Shown piece by piece: positions 31,700-40,581 of a stretch of DNA of 64,000 bases (within the stretch, counting starts at the first letter, position 1; each line of letters starts with the position of its first letter). Origin of the DNA: an uncultured Pseudomonadota bacterium. Its GTDB lineage: Bacteria; Pseudomonadota; Alphaproteobacteria; Acetobacterales; Acetobacteraceae. Both the position numbers and the translations under genes were made by a program. Below the pieces are notes generated by a model. That model was not told the DNA's origin, did no database searches, and worked only from the letters and a program-made list of their open reading frames with translations. Location of the stretch: the NCBI GenBank assembly GCA_963832525.1, contig CAWHUC010000002.1, positions 5,563 through 69,562 on the forward strand, in the 5' to 3' direction.

Positions 31700-32641
31700 C
31701 TACGGCGCGCCGTCCCCGAAACGAACACTCGTCAGTGCCTCCGATACCTCCCACAACCGCGCGCCCAGGCCCGGATCGCGCGCCCGCGCCGCCACAAACG
31801 CCGGCCCCGGCGGTCCCGTGAACTCCTGGAACCCCACCGGCCCGTAATACCCGCCCGCGCGCGCCTCCGCCGCGGTCGCCGCAAACAGGACCGGCCAGGC
31901 CCCCGCCGCGGCCGACTGGGAGAAGAACGGCGCCGCCAGCCCGATCAGCCGCCGCGCCAGGCCGCCGCGCCCGTCCGCCCCCGGTCCCTTGTCGAACAGC
32001 TCGGTGCGCGCCCAGCCGGGATGCGCGGCGAGGCTCGCGATCCCCCAGCCGTTCGCATTGCTGCGCCGTTGCAGTTCGAACGCGAACACCAGCATCGCCA
32101 GCTTCGACTGCGCATAGGCGCCCCAGGGTGCATAGGTCCGTTCCGCCATAAGATCGTCGAACCGGATCCGGCCGCGCCGGTGCACGAGGCTCGCGAGGTT
32201 CACCACCCGCGCCCGGTCGCCCCGCCGCAGCAACGGCAACAGCCGCGCGGTCAGCGCGAAATGGCCGAGGTAGTTGGTGCCGAACTGAACCTCGAACCCG
32301 TCCGCCGTCAGCCGCCGGGTCGGCAGCGCCAGCACCCCGGCGTTGTTGACCAGCAGGTCGATCGGCGCCCCCTCCGCGGCCAGCCGGTCGGCGAAGGCGG
32401 CGATGTCGGCGAGGCTGGCGACGTCCAGGTGCGCGAAGCGCAGATCGGCGCCGGGATGGATCGCGCGGATGCGGGCCAGCACGGCCGCGCCCCGCGCATC
32501 GTTCCGTCCTGTCACGATCACCGAGGCCCCCGCTGCGGCCAACGCCAGGGCGGTCTCAAAGCCGAGCCCTCCCGTCGCTCTGGTAATCACCGCCCGCCGG
32601 CCGGACTGATCCGGGATGTCCTTGATCGTCCACGCGGTCAT
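31700..32641 (-). CDS. SDR family oxidoreductase
   Basis: AVITRATGGLGFETALALAAAGASVIVTGRN...LLVNNAGVLALP...YAQSKLAMLVF (YxxxK). Confidence 0.8.
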   Translation of the reverse strand: MTAWTIKDIPDQSGRRAVITRATGGLGFETALALAAAGASVIVTGRNDARGAAVLARIRAIHPGADLRFAHLDVASLADIAAFADRLAAEGAPIDLLVNNAGVLALPTRRLTADGFEVQFGTNYLGHFALTARLLPLLRRGDRARVVNLASLVHRRGRIRFDDLMAERTYAPWGAYAQSKLAMLVFAFELQRRSNANGWGIASLAAHPGWARTELFDKGPGADGRGGLARRLIGLAAPFFSQSAAAGAWPVLFAATAAEARAGGYYGPVGFQEFTGPPGPAFVAARARDPGLGARLWEVSEALTSVRFGDGAP

Positions 32642-32691
32642 GCAACCCCTCCGGCCCCGGTTTCACCCCCTTCCGGCGCTGTACGCCGCCG

Positions 32692-32819
32692 CCCCAAACG
32701 CCCCAGCCGCCGTACAAAACCCCCGCCCGCAGCCGTGCACAACCTCGACCATGCGCAACCCCGCAGAAATCCGCGCCGGTCACCCGCCTCGCCACCCCAA
32801 ACGCCCCAGCCGCTGTACA
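32692..32819. repeat. 25-bp direct repeat (24/25) spaced 103 bp apart in a divergent intergenic region
   Basis: CCCCAAACGCCCCAGCCGCCGTACA (32692-32716) and CCCCAAACGCCCCAGCCGCTGTACA (32795-32819). Confidence 0.7.
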
Positions 32820-33008
32820 TGCCCCTCGCACCGAGAGGAGACGCCCCAGGATGCCTGGCCAACCTGCTCTGCCTCGGCCTGTCGCTGGTGGCGGCGACCG
32901 GACCGGACATGCGGCGACACAGCCGGCCCGCCACCCCGCCCCCTGTTGCCACCCACCGCGGACAGGAGGACGCTGCCCCCAACCGCTCTCCCCGGGAGGA
33001 AACAAGCC

Positions 33009-33869
33009 ATGCCCCAGTTCCGCATCGCCGTGGTCCAACCCCACACCGCGCCCCCGCCGGACGACGAAGCCAACGTCGCCGCTGCGATCGCCTGGATCGC
33101 CCGCGCCGCCGCCGAGGGCGCCGATTTCGTCTGCTTCCCGGAAACCTACCCCGGCCCCTGGCGCATGCCCGCCACCTTCGACCCGATCCCGCCCCTCGCC
33201 GAAGCCGCCGCGCGGCACCGCCTGCACGCCGTCTTCGGCACCATCGCGCCGATCGATCCCGCGCGCGCCACCGCGCACAACCTCATCGTGATGGCCTGGC
33301 CGGACGGGCGTGAGCCGGCCCGCTACCGCCGCACCCACCCGAACGGCCCCTGGCTCTACACCGGCGGAAAATACTGGGAGTTCCAGTACGTCCCCGGCGA
33401 CGACTTCCCGGTGTTCGACACCGCGCACGGCAAGGTGGGCCTCGCGATGTGCAGCGAGGTCTACATGCCGGAAGTGACGCGCGCCCTCGCTCTGCGCGGC
33501 GCCGAGCTGATCTTCATGCCGGCCGGCGTCAACAAGCGCCGGCTGTGGGAAAGCTGGCGCACGCTTCTGTATGCGCGCGCGATCGAGAACCTGGCGCTCG
33601 TTGTCTCCACCCAGAACATGGTGGCGGCGACCGACCGCGGCCTCGCCCTGGTCGCGGCGCCGGAGGAGATTCTCTACGAAAGCACCGCCCCCGGCATGGG
33701 CGTAGTGGAGGTCTCGCTCGACCGGGTACGGGCGCTGCGCGCCGGACGCGACGGCGTCGGCTCATCGGCCGACTGCGCTGCCAAGCAGGGCGTGCTGTCG
33801 GAACAATGGCAGCGGCCGGAGCTGTACGACACGCTCCTGCCCCGCAAGCTGCCGCGCGCCGCGGAATAG
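33009..33869 (+). CDS. carbon-nitrogen hydrolase (nitrilase superfamily) protein
   Basis: FRIAVVQ...ADFVCFPETYPGPW (Glu)...GKVGLAMCSEVYMPEV (Cys)...; GGGAGGA RBS before ATG 33009. Confidence 0.8.
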   Translation: MPQFRIAVVQPHTAPPPDDEANVAAAIAWIARAAAEGADFVCFPETYPGPWRMPATFDPIPPLAEAAARHRLHAVFGTIAPIDPARATAHNLIVMAWPDGREPARYRRTHPNGPWLYTGGKYWEFQYVPGDDFPVFDTAHGKVGLAMCSEVYMPEVTRALALRGAELIFMPAGVNKRRLWESWRTLLYARAIENLALVVSTQNMVAATDRGLALVAAPEEILYESTAPGMGVVEVSLDRVRALRAGRDGVGSSADCAAKQGVLSEQWQRPELYDTLLPRKLPRAAE

Positions 33870-33951
33870 GCTTCCGGCCAGGCTCGCTCCGGCGCCGGAC
33901 GAGCCCGCGCGAGCCTGGGTCGCATCGGGGCCGCCGCCCCCCGTGCGCCGC

Positions 33952-35244
33952 CTATCCCAGCAGGCCGGCGCCGGAAAACCCGCCGAACACGCCGAGGACG
34001 CAGGTCACCACGGCCACCGCCAGCACCAGCCCGTAATACCAGCCTCGCAGCCGCCACGCCGGTGGCAGCGCCCGCCGCGCCAGCGCGATCAGGAAACCGA
34101 GCACCACCGGCAGCAGCAGCGCGTTCATCACCTGCACGCCCACATTGAGCGCCACGAGGTCGGGCCAGAACCCCACCACCAGGCAGCCGCCCACCACGCA
34201 GACCGCATAGACGCCGTAGAACCACCGCGCCTCCAGCGGCCGGTATTCCAGCGAGCGGCGATAACCCGACACCTCGCCCAGCCCCCAGGCCAGCGCCAGC
34301 GAGGCGACGATCGCCGCCACCATCCCCGCCCCCAGCACGCCGGCCCCGAACACCGCGTTGCCGACTGCAGTGCCAAGGAACGGGGTCAGCGCCCCGGCCA
34401 TCTCCCCCACCGTGTTCAGCGAGGCATCCGGGCTGGCCCGCCCGATCGTCGCCGCGCAGGCGATCAGCACCGCGGCCATCACGAGCTGGGTGATGACCGC
34501 GCCCACCGCCGTGTCCCAGCGGGCAGCCGACAGATGCTCGGGCCGCAGCTTCTTATCGGCGACGGCGGACTGCTGATAGAACACCATCCACGGCATGATG
34601 ACCGCGCCGATATTGGCCGCGACCAGGTAGACGTAGGCCTTGTTGGCGAACGGAATCGACAGCGCGCCGGCCGCGAGCGCGTGCGGATCCGGATGGGCCG
34701 CCCAGGCGACGAAGAAGAAGGCGAACTCGAACAGGCCGACGAAGATCGCGGCCCGCTCCACGCGCCGGTAGGACCCGGTCAGCACCACGGCAAGCAGCGC
34801 CACCGCGGCGATCGGCAGGGTCAGGCCGCGCGGCAGGCCATAGAGTTCCCCCACGCCGGCGACGCCCGAGAACTCGGTCAGCAGTGCGCCCACGGTGGCG
34901 ACGCCGAGCCCGGCGGCGGAGACCCAGGCCCAGGCCGGTCCGAAGGTCTCGCGGATCAGCTCGCCATGGCCGCGGCCGGTGAAGATGCCGAGCCGCACCG
35001 TCAGCTCCTGCACCACGTAAAGGATGGGGATCAGGACGAATTGCAGGGCCAGCAGCCGGTAGCCCCATTGGACCCCGCTCTGCCCGGCGGTGATGACGCT
35101 GCCGACGTCGGTATCGGCCAGCATGACGACGATGCCGGGGCCGAAGACGGCGACGAACCGGGCCAGGCGGCGGCCTGTCGCACTGCGGCCGGTAGGATCG
35201 AGCGCGGCCGGGGCGGAGGCGTTCATCGGTTTGCGGTCCGTCAT
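33952..35244 (-). CDS. mntH: NRAMP-family divalent metal (Mn2+/Fe2+) transporter
   Basis: FGPGIVVMLADTDVGSVITAGQSGVQWGYRLL...AANIGAVIMPWMVFYQQS, hallmarks of Nramp/MntH; 430 aa, polytopic. Confidence 0.85.
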   Translation of the reverse strand: MTDRKPMNASAPAALDPTGRSATGRRLARFVAVFGPGIVVMLADTDVGSVITAGQSGVQWGYRLLALQFVLIPILYVVQELTVRLGIFTGRGHGELIRETFGPAWAWVSAAGLGVATVGALLTEFSGVAGVGELYGLPRGLTLPIAAVALLAVVLTGSYRRVERAAIFVGLFEFAFFFVAWAAHPDPHALAAGALSIPFANKAYVYLVAANIGAVIMPWMVFYQQSAVADKKLRPEHLSAARWDTAVGAVITQLVMAAVLIACAATIGRASPDASLNTVGEMAGALTPFLGTAVGNAVFGAGVLGAGMVAAIVASLALAWGLGEVSGYRRSLEYRPLEARWFYGVYAVCVVGGCLVVGFWPDLVALNVGVQVMNALLLPVVLGFLIALARRALPPAWRLRGWYYGLVLAVAVVTCVLGVFGGFSGAGLLG

Positions 35245-35455
35245 CTCGGAGGGGGGCGCCGGCGTAATTGCGAAGTATTCTTAGTTGCAGCTACCGTGAT
35301 GCATGGCTGAGTGTCAAGCCGTGATGCGGACGTGGCTGCCATACCGGCCGGCGAGAACACGAGGGTCCTACCAACTCCCCCCGCGGAACCGCGAGTGGGA
35401 CGCACGTGCGTCTGGCCCCAGGGGTCTGCGCGGTACCACGTTTTTCTTTCATATA

Positions 35456-35484
35456 TTGACACACAGAAAGGGAAACGCTATAAA
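35456..35484 (+). promoter_or_regulatory. near-consensus sigma70 promoter TTGACA-N17-TATAAA
   Basis: TTGACA at 35456-35461, exactly 17 nt spacer, TATAAA at 35479-35484, 34 nt upstream of ATG 35518, in a 40% GC stretch (24/60 G+C in 35441-35500). Confidence 0.55.
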
Positions 35485-35517
35485 TGCCGGTAGCGAGCAG
35501 TCCGAAAAAGGCCCGAG

Positions 35518-36811
35518 ATGACCGCCAGCATCCACGCCCTGCATCCGCGATCACCCCCTGTCGCGGGATTCCTGAGAATCGGGCACACCGGGCATCGAAA
35601 GCTCGAACACCTCCATGCGGCGGGTCGCTTTCCTTACCGGCGCGTGGGGTTCGACGCCGCGCATGTCTGCGATCAATCCGAACTTCTGAAGACCTTGATC
35701 GCCGGCGGATGCGAAATCGTGCTGGACCCAAATTTCGCGGAAATGGCAATGCCCGGCCGCTTCGGGTCGGCGGCCGGCAAGCTGCCTTGGGCCAACCCCA
35801 ATCGACCCTGGCAAGAGTCAGATTTTGGCCGCATTCGAAACCTGGACACGGCCAAGGCGATTGCTGAATTTGCAATCCGACACGGAGTAAACGTGGTTCT
35901 CACTCCCGCGCATCTCATTGAGTTCCTGCCCGAACTCCTGGCGGAATATCGATCTTCGCATGTGCGAGGACCTTCGTCGTGAACTCGATCGCCTTGGCGG
36001 AGCAGGTATCGCCATCGATTATCAGCTCATAACGACGAACGCGCTCCTGAAGGATGCTCAAGCCCGGGATGATCTTGTCGCCGACGTCGATACCATGCCT
36101 ATCCAAAATGTTTGGCTTCGGACCTCCGGCTTTGGGGCAACAGAGACCGGCGTAGGCACGAGGCATTTCATCGAAGCTGTTCGTGGCCTGCATCGCATGG
36201 ATCGGCCTCTGGTGGCCGATTGCGTCGGCGGCTTTGCCGGCCTCGCAGCTTTGGCCTTCGGCGCCGTTGGCGGGATCAGCCATGGCGCAGGCCAAAAGGA
36301 GAGCTTCGATGCAAACGATTGGAAGGCTCTACCTTCCGACAAAAAAGGCGGATCCTCTTCAAGAATATACGTTCCCGATCTCGACCGCCACTTCAAAGAA
36401 GACCACCTGTCTGTGATACTTGCTGCGAGGGGCGGACGGTCGCGTTTCGGCTGCAATGACTCCAGCTGCTGCCGCGATGGGATCGAAGATATGGTGGAGA
36501 ATCCCGGCGCTCATTTCATCACTCAGCGCGCACGTCAACTCGAAGACCTTTCCCGTGTACCGGAGACGCGGCGGGCGGAGCACTTTCTATTGCGACACCT
36601 GGACCCAGCTATCCGCTCGGCGCGTGTGGGGACTCGGTTGGATATCTCCGAGCCAAGAGTGAAGGACACCGTTGAAAAAGCGAAGGCCAGGCTGATCCGC
36701 TTGCGTGACGCGCTTGCAGACCTGCAGGTTAACGACGCCTCCGCAACGCGGTCACGACCACCCGCCTTCCGGGGTGGCCCAAGATCGGCCGGTGTCGTGC
36801 TGGCGCATTGA
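35518..36811 (+). CDS. uncharacterised ~430-aa protein, first gene of the islet operon (two overlapping ORFs 35518-35982 and 35918-36811, probably one gene split by a frame break near 35930-35945)
   Basis: No family recognised by eye. Short hydrophobic strand-like segments (FLRIGH, EIVLDPN, VVLTPAH, AIDYQLI, VWLRTSGFG, LVADCVGG, GGISHG) alternate with helices, followed by the Cys cluster FGCNDSSCC (36452-36472). GC is lower than the flanks. The stop overlaps the start of the next gene. Confidence 0.55.
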
Positions 36812-36813
36812 CC

Positions 36814-37152
36814 ATGGCAAGCTCCGTTGCCAGGATTATCGAAGATCTGCGGGACCGTGGCGGCCTCAAAGGCACGGATGTGGCGAATGTCGCCGCCGTG
36901 TCTCCGGCGACCGTCTCACGCTGGACCTCCGGAAAAGCCAGTCCGCACCCGAAGACGCAGCTTTTGATCTCCGATCTCCGCTACATCGTCGACCGACTGG
37001 CCGACTTCTATTCGCCGGATGAGACCCGGCTCTGGCTCTACTCCAAGCATCGTCTGCTGAACGCCGAGCGCCCGATCGACCTTATTCACAATGGACGGGC
37101 CGACGCAGTGTTGGCCGTGATCGAAAGCCTGGACGAAGGGGCTTATACTTAG
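36814..37152 (+). CDS. Xre-family HTH antitoxin with C-terminal DUF2384-type domain (MbcA/ParS-like)
   Basis: HTH LKGTDVANVAAVSPATVSRWTSGKASP plus the C-terminal RLWLYSKHRLLNAERPIDLIHNGRADAVLAVIESLDEGAY signature; alternative TTG at 36808. Confidence 0.8.
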   Translation: MASSVARIIEDLRDRGGLKGTDVANVAAVSPATVSRWTSGKASPHPKTQLLISDLRYIVDRLADFYSPDETRLWLYSKHRLLNAERPIDLIHNGRADAVLAVIESLDEGAYT

Positions 37153-37155
37153 ACC

Positions 37156-37723
37156 ATGAGCGGTTCAGATCGGGTCCACGATCGAGCCATTCTGGACGCG
37201 CTGGAATCGAGCGGTGCACGTCCCTTCGCGGGCGACGTATGGCGGATCACCCGCTCGGGCCGGGACGCTCTCCGCGGCTCAAGCGCGAACGGCAGGTGGA
37301 GCCCGCAGGGCGCGTTCGAGGTTCTCTATACCAGCCTCGAACGCACCGGCGCGCTCGCCGAAATCGGATACCGTCTTGCGCTCGAGCCGGTCTGGCCAAG
37401 CCGAACTCGAACACGAGATCCACACGCTCGCGGCCCGCACCGAACGGACCCTGCGCTTCGCCGACGTCGCGGCGCTGACGCCGCTCGGCGTCGATATCGC
37501 CCGCTACGACACTTTCGACTATGGCGCGACCCAGGCGATCGCGGCAGTAGCACATTTCCTGGAGTTCGACGGGCTGCTGGTGCCCAGTGCGCGGGCGCCC
37601 TGCGCCAACCTGGTGGTCTTCCTGGACCGACTGGCCGCCGGCGCCAGCTTGGTGGTGCAGCACAGCCAGCCGGTGGACTGGGCCGCCTGGCGCCGCACTG
37701 CCCGCGCGCCCGCGCGGCGTTGA
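37156..37723 (+). CDS. RES-domain toxin (MbcT/ParT-like), frame broken near 37400
   Basis: N-terminal part [45 protein letters not shown] (Arg, Glu region). The C-terminal part, in the frame of ORF 37214-37723, reads ...[40 protein letters not shown] (Ser motif). It starts 3 nt after the antitoxin stop. Confidence 0.8.
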
Positions 37724-37754
37724 AAACCCGCCCCGGATAGACCAGAACCCGCCC

Positions 37755-39227
37755 ATGCCCGAGCTCTTCCTGCACAACAGCCTGACCCGGAAGCGGGAGC
37801 GCTTCGTCCCGCTCGATCCCACGCATGTGCGGATGTACGTCTGCGGGCCGACCGTCTACGACCTCGCGCATCTCGGCAACGCGCGCCCGGTGGTGGTGTT
37901 CGATGTGCTGGCGCGGCTGCTGCGCCTTCTGTTCCCGCGCGTGACCTATGTGCGCAACATCACCGACGTGGACGACAAGATCAACGCTCGCGCCGCCGAA
38001 AGCGGCGAGCCGATCGTCGCCATCACCGCGCGGACCATCGCCGATTTCCACGCCGACATGGCCTCCCTCGGCGCCCTGCCGCCCGACGAAGAACCCCGCG
38101 CCACCGACCACGTGGCGGAAATGATCGCGCTGATCGAGCGGTTGATCACCTCCGGCCATGCCTACGCCGCCGACGGCCACGTGCTGTTCCAGGTCGCGAG
38201 CTTCCCCGACTACGGCCATCTTTCCGGCCGCTCCCCGCGCGAACTGCTGGCCGGCGCGCGGGTGGAAGTGGCGCCGTACAAGCGCGACCCCGGCGATTTC
38301 GTGCTGTGGAAACCTTCCACGCCCGACCTGCCCGGTTGGGACAGCCCCTGGGGCCGCGGCCGGCCGGGCTGGCATATCGAGTGCTCGGCGATGTCCTGGC
38401 GCTACCTCGGCGAGAGCTTCGACATCCACGGCGGCGGGGCGGACCTGATCTTCCCACACCACGAGAACGAGCGCGCGCAGAGCCTGTGCGCCTTCCCGCA
38501 CGGCGGCTTCGCCCACGTCTGGGTGCACAACGGCATGCTGCTCGTGAACGGGGAGAAGATGTCGAAAAGCCTCGGCAATTTCCGCACGGTGCGCGACGTG
38601 CTGGCCTTGGCACCGGGCGAGGCGATCCGGCTGCTGCTGCTGAAGACGCACTACCGGGCCGCGCTCGATTTCACCGAGCCTGGGCTTGCCGAGGCGCGCC
38701 ACGAGCTGGACCGGTTCTACCGCGCGCTGGACGCGGCGCCGGACATGCCCCTGGACGCCCCCCTGGGCGCCCCCCTGGGCGCCCCCCCGGCTGCGGAGGT
38801 GCCCGAGCCGGTGCTGGCCGCCCTGTGCGACGACCTCAATACCCCGGCCGCGCTGGCCGCGCTGCACGCGCTGGCGGACGCCGCGCTGGCCGGCGATCCG
38901 GCCGCGGCGGGCGGGATGCGCGCGGCAGGCGCCGTGCTCGGCCTGCTGGGGCAGACGCCGCAGGCGTGGTTCCAGGGCGGGGCCGAGGCGGGTGGGGTTG
39001 ACCCGGCGGCGATCGAGACTGCCATCGCCGACCGCAAGGCGGCCCGCGCCGCGCGCGATTTCGCCCGTGCCGACGCGATCCGCGCCGCGCTGGAGGCCCA
39101 GGGAATCCTCCTGGAGGACGGCCCGGGCGGCACGACTTGGCGCCGCAAGCCTGTCGTCGCGACGGGTCCGGCCGCCCCACTGCGTCCCACCGCGGCCGCG
39201 CCGCGCGCCCGCACGGCGGAGCGATGA
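37755..39227 (+). CDS. cysS: cysteine--tRNA ligase
   Basis: [18 protein letters not shown] (HIGH-type), [17 protein letters not shown]; ATG 37755. Confidence 0.95.
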   Translation: MPELFLHNSLTRKRERFVPLDPTHVRMYVCGPTVYDLAHLGNARPVVVFDVLARLLRLLFPRVTYVRNITDVDDKINARAAESGEPIVAITARTIADFHADMASLGALPPDEEPRATDHVAEMIALIERLITSGHAYAADGHVLFQVASFPDYGHLSGRSPRELLAGARVEVAPYKRDPGDFVLWKPSTPDLPGWDSPWGRGRPGWHIECSAMSWRYLGESFDIHGGGADLIFPHHENERAQSLCAFPHGGFAHVWVHNGMLLVNGEKMSKSLGNFRTVRDVLALAPGEAIRLLLLKTHYRAALDFTEPGLAEARHELDRFYRALDAAPDMPLDAPLGAPLGAPPAAEVPEPVLAALCDDLNTPAALAALHALADAALAGDPAAAGGMRAAGAVLGLLGQTPQAWFQGGAEAGGVDPAAIETAIADRKAARAARDFARADAIRAALEAQGILLEDGPGGTTWRRKPVVATGPAAPLRPTAAAPRARTAER

Positions 39228-40087
39228 CCGGCCGCGAAGGCGGCGCCGACATCGGCCCGATCGGCAATTCCCCCGTCGTGATCCTGGTCCGACCGCAACT
39301 CGCCGACAATATCGGCGCGGTGGCCCGCGCCATGGCCAACGGCGGGTTGTTCCACCTGCGACTGGTGGCGCCGCGCGACGGCTGGCCGCAGGAGAAGGCC
39401 TGGCGCACCGCCTCCGGCGCCGACCGCATCCTGGACGCGCTCACCCTCTACCCCACGGTCGCCGACGCCGTCGCCGACCTGCACCACGTCTTCGCCACCT
39501 GCCCGCGCCCGCGCCATATCGTCAAACCCGTGCTCACCGCCCGCGGCGCCGCCGCCGAACTGCGCGAAATCTGCGCCCGCGACCTGCGCGCCGGCCTGCT
39601 GTTCGGGCCGGAACGCGCGGGGCTCGACAACGACGACATGGCGCAGGCGGACGCGCTGGTGCGCTATCCGCTGAACCCCGCCTTCATGTCGCTCAACCTG
39701 GCCCAGGCGGTGATGGTGATGGCCTACGAGTGGTGGACCGCCGCCGAGACCACCCCGCCGCGCAGCCTGATGACCAACGAGACCCGGGTCGCGACCAAGG
39801 CCGAGCTGGAGAACTTCCTGACCCACCTGGTGGCCGAGCTGGACGCCTGCGGCTTCCTCGCCAACCTGCCGAAACGCCCCGGCATGGTGCGCAACATCCG
39901 CCACTTCTTCGCCCGCGGCGAGGCGACCGAGCAGGAACTGCGCACCCTGCACGGGGTGGTGACCGAGCTCGCCCGCGGGCGCCGCCGGCTGGGCCGACCG
40001 GTGCCGGCCGACGCGGAACCGGAGGTCGCCGCGAACCCGAACGCCGCCCTGGTGGACGCCGGTCCGCGGCCCCCTGACGGGACATAG
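39224..40087 (+). CDS. SpoU/TrmH-family RNA 2'-O-methyltransferase (TrmJ-like)
   Basis: [25 protein letters not shown]...[15 protein letters not shown]...[22 protein letters not shown]; ATGA overlap with the cysS stop. Confidence 0.8.
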   Translation: MTGREGGADIGPIGNSPVVILVRPQLADNIGAVARAMANGGLFHLRLVAPRDGWPQEKAWRTASGADRILDALTLYPTVADAVADLHHVFATCPRPRHIVKPVLTARGAAAELREICARDLRAGLLFGPERAGLDNDDMAQADALVRYPLNPAFMSLNLAQAVMVMAYEWWTAAETTPPRSLMTNETRVATKAELENFLTHLVAELDACGFLANLPKRPGMVRNIRHFFARGEATEQELRTLHGVVTELARGRRRLGRPVPADAEPEVAANPNAALVDAGPRPPDGT

Positions 40088-40119
40088 GCGCCGGCGTCCA
40101 GGGGGCGTATGCTGCGCTC

Positions 40120-40581
40120 ATGCAATGGGCGTTCCTGGTTCTGGCGCTATGGGCGGCCCTGCTGGAACTGCACAGCGGCACGTTCTACCTCGCCGCGATC
40201 GCCACGGTGGCGCTGCTTACCTTCGTGCTCGGCTTCTGGGTGCGCGAGGAACTGCTGCTGATGGTGTTCGTCGCCGGCTGCCTCGGCGGGCTCGGCCTGA
40301 TCTGGGTCTGGCGTCGCAGCCTGCCGCGCGGACGCGGACTGCCCGACCTCGATGCGGGCGGCGAGGCGATCGTCACCGCCATCGGGCCGGAGGACAATCG
40401 GCTGGTCGTGACCTATCGCGGCACCCGCTGGGACGCCGTCATGGAGCACGGGCCGTCACCCGCCATCGGCACCCCGGTCCGCATCACCCGCAAGACCGGC
40501 AGCCTGCTGCATCTGGCCGCACCAGCCGGTGCCGCCCCAACCCCGACCGCCCCATCCCCGCCGGCGCAGGAGCCCCCATGA
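40120..40581 (+). CDS. NfeD-family membrane protein
   Basis: Two N-terminal TM helices plus a C-terminal OB-like segment (GEAIVTAIGPEDNRLVVTYRGTRWDAVMEHG...GTPVRITRKTGSLLHL); precedes and overlaps the SPFH gene. Confidence 0.75.
   Translation: MQWAFLVLALWAALLELHSGTFYLAAIATVALLTFVLGFWVREELLLMVFVAGCLGGLGLIWVWRRSLPRGRGLPDLDAGGEAIVTAIGPEDNRLVVTYRGTRWDAVMEHGPSPAIGTPVRITRKTGSLLHLAAPAGAAPTPTAPSPPAQEPP

Noticed and set aside
35245-35300. Mur/Fur-type operator upstream of mntH (TTGCGA-N11-TTGCAG direct hexamers, AATTGC)
   Set aside because: There are only two short hexamers in an AT-richer stretch. I cannot match them to a defined Mur box consensus without a matrix search.
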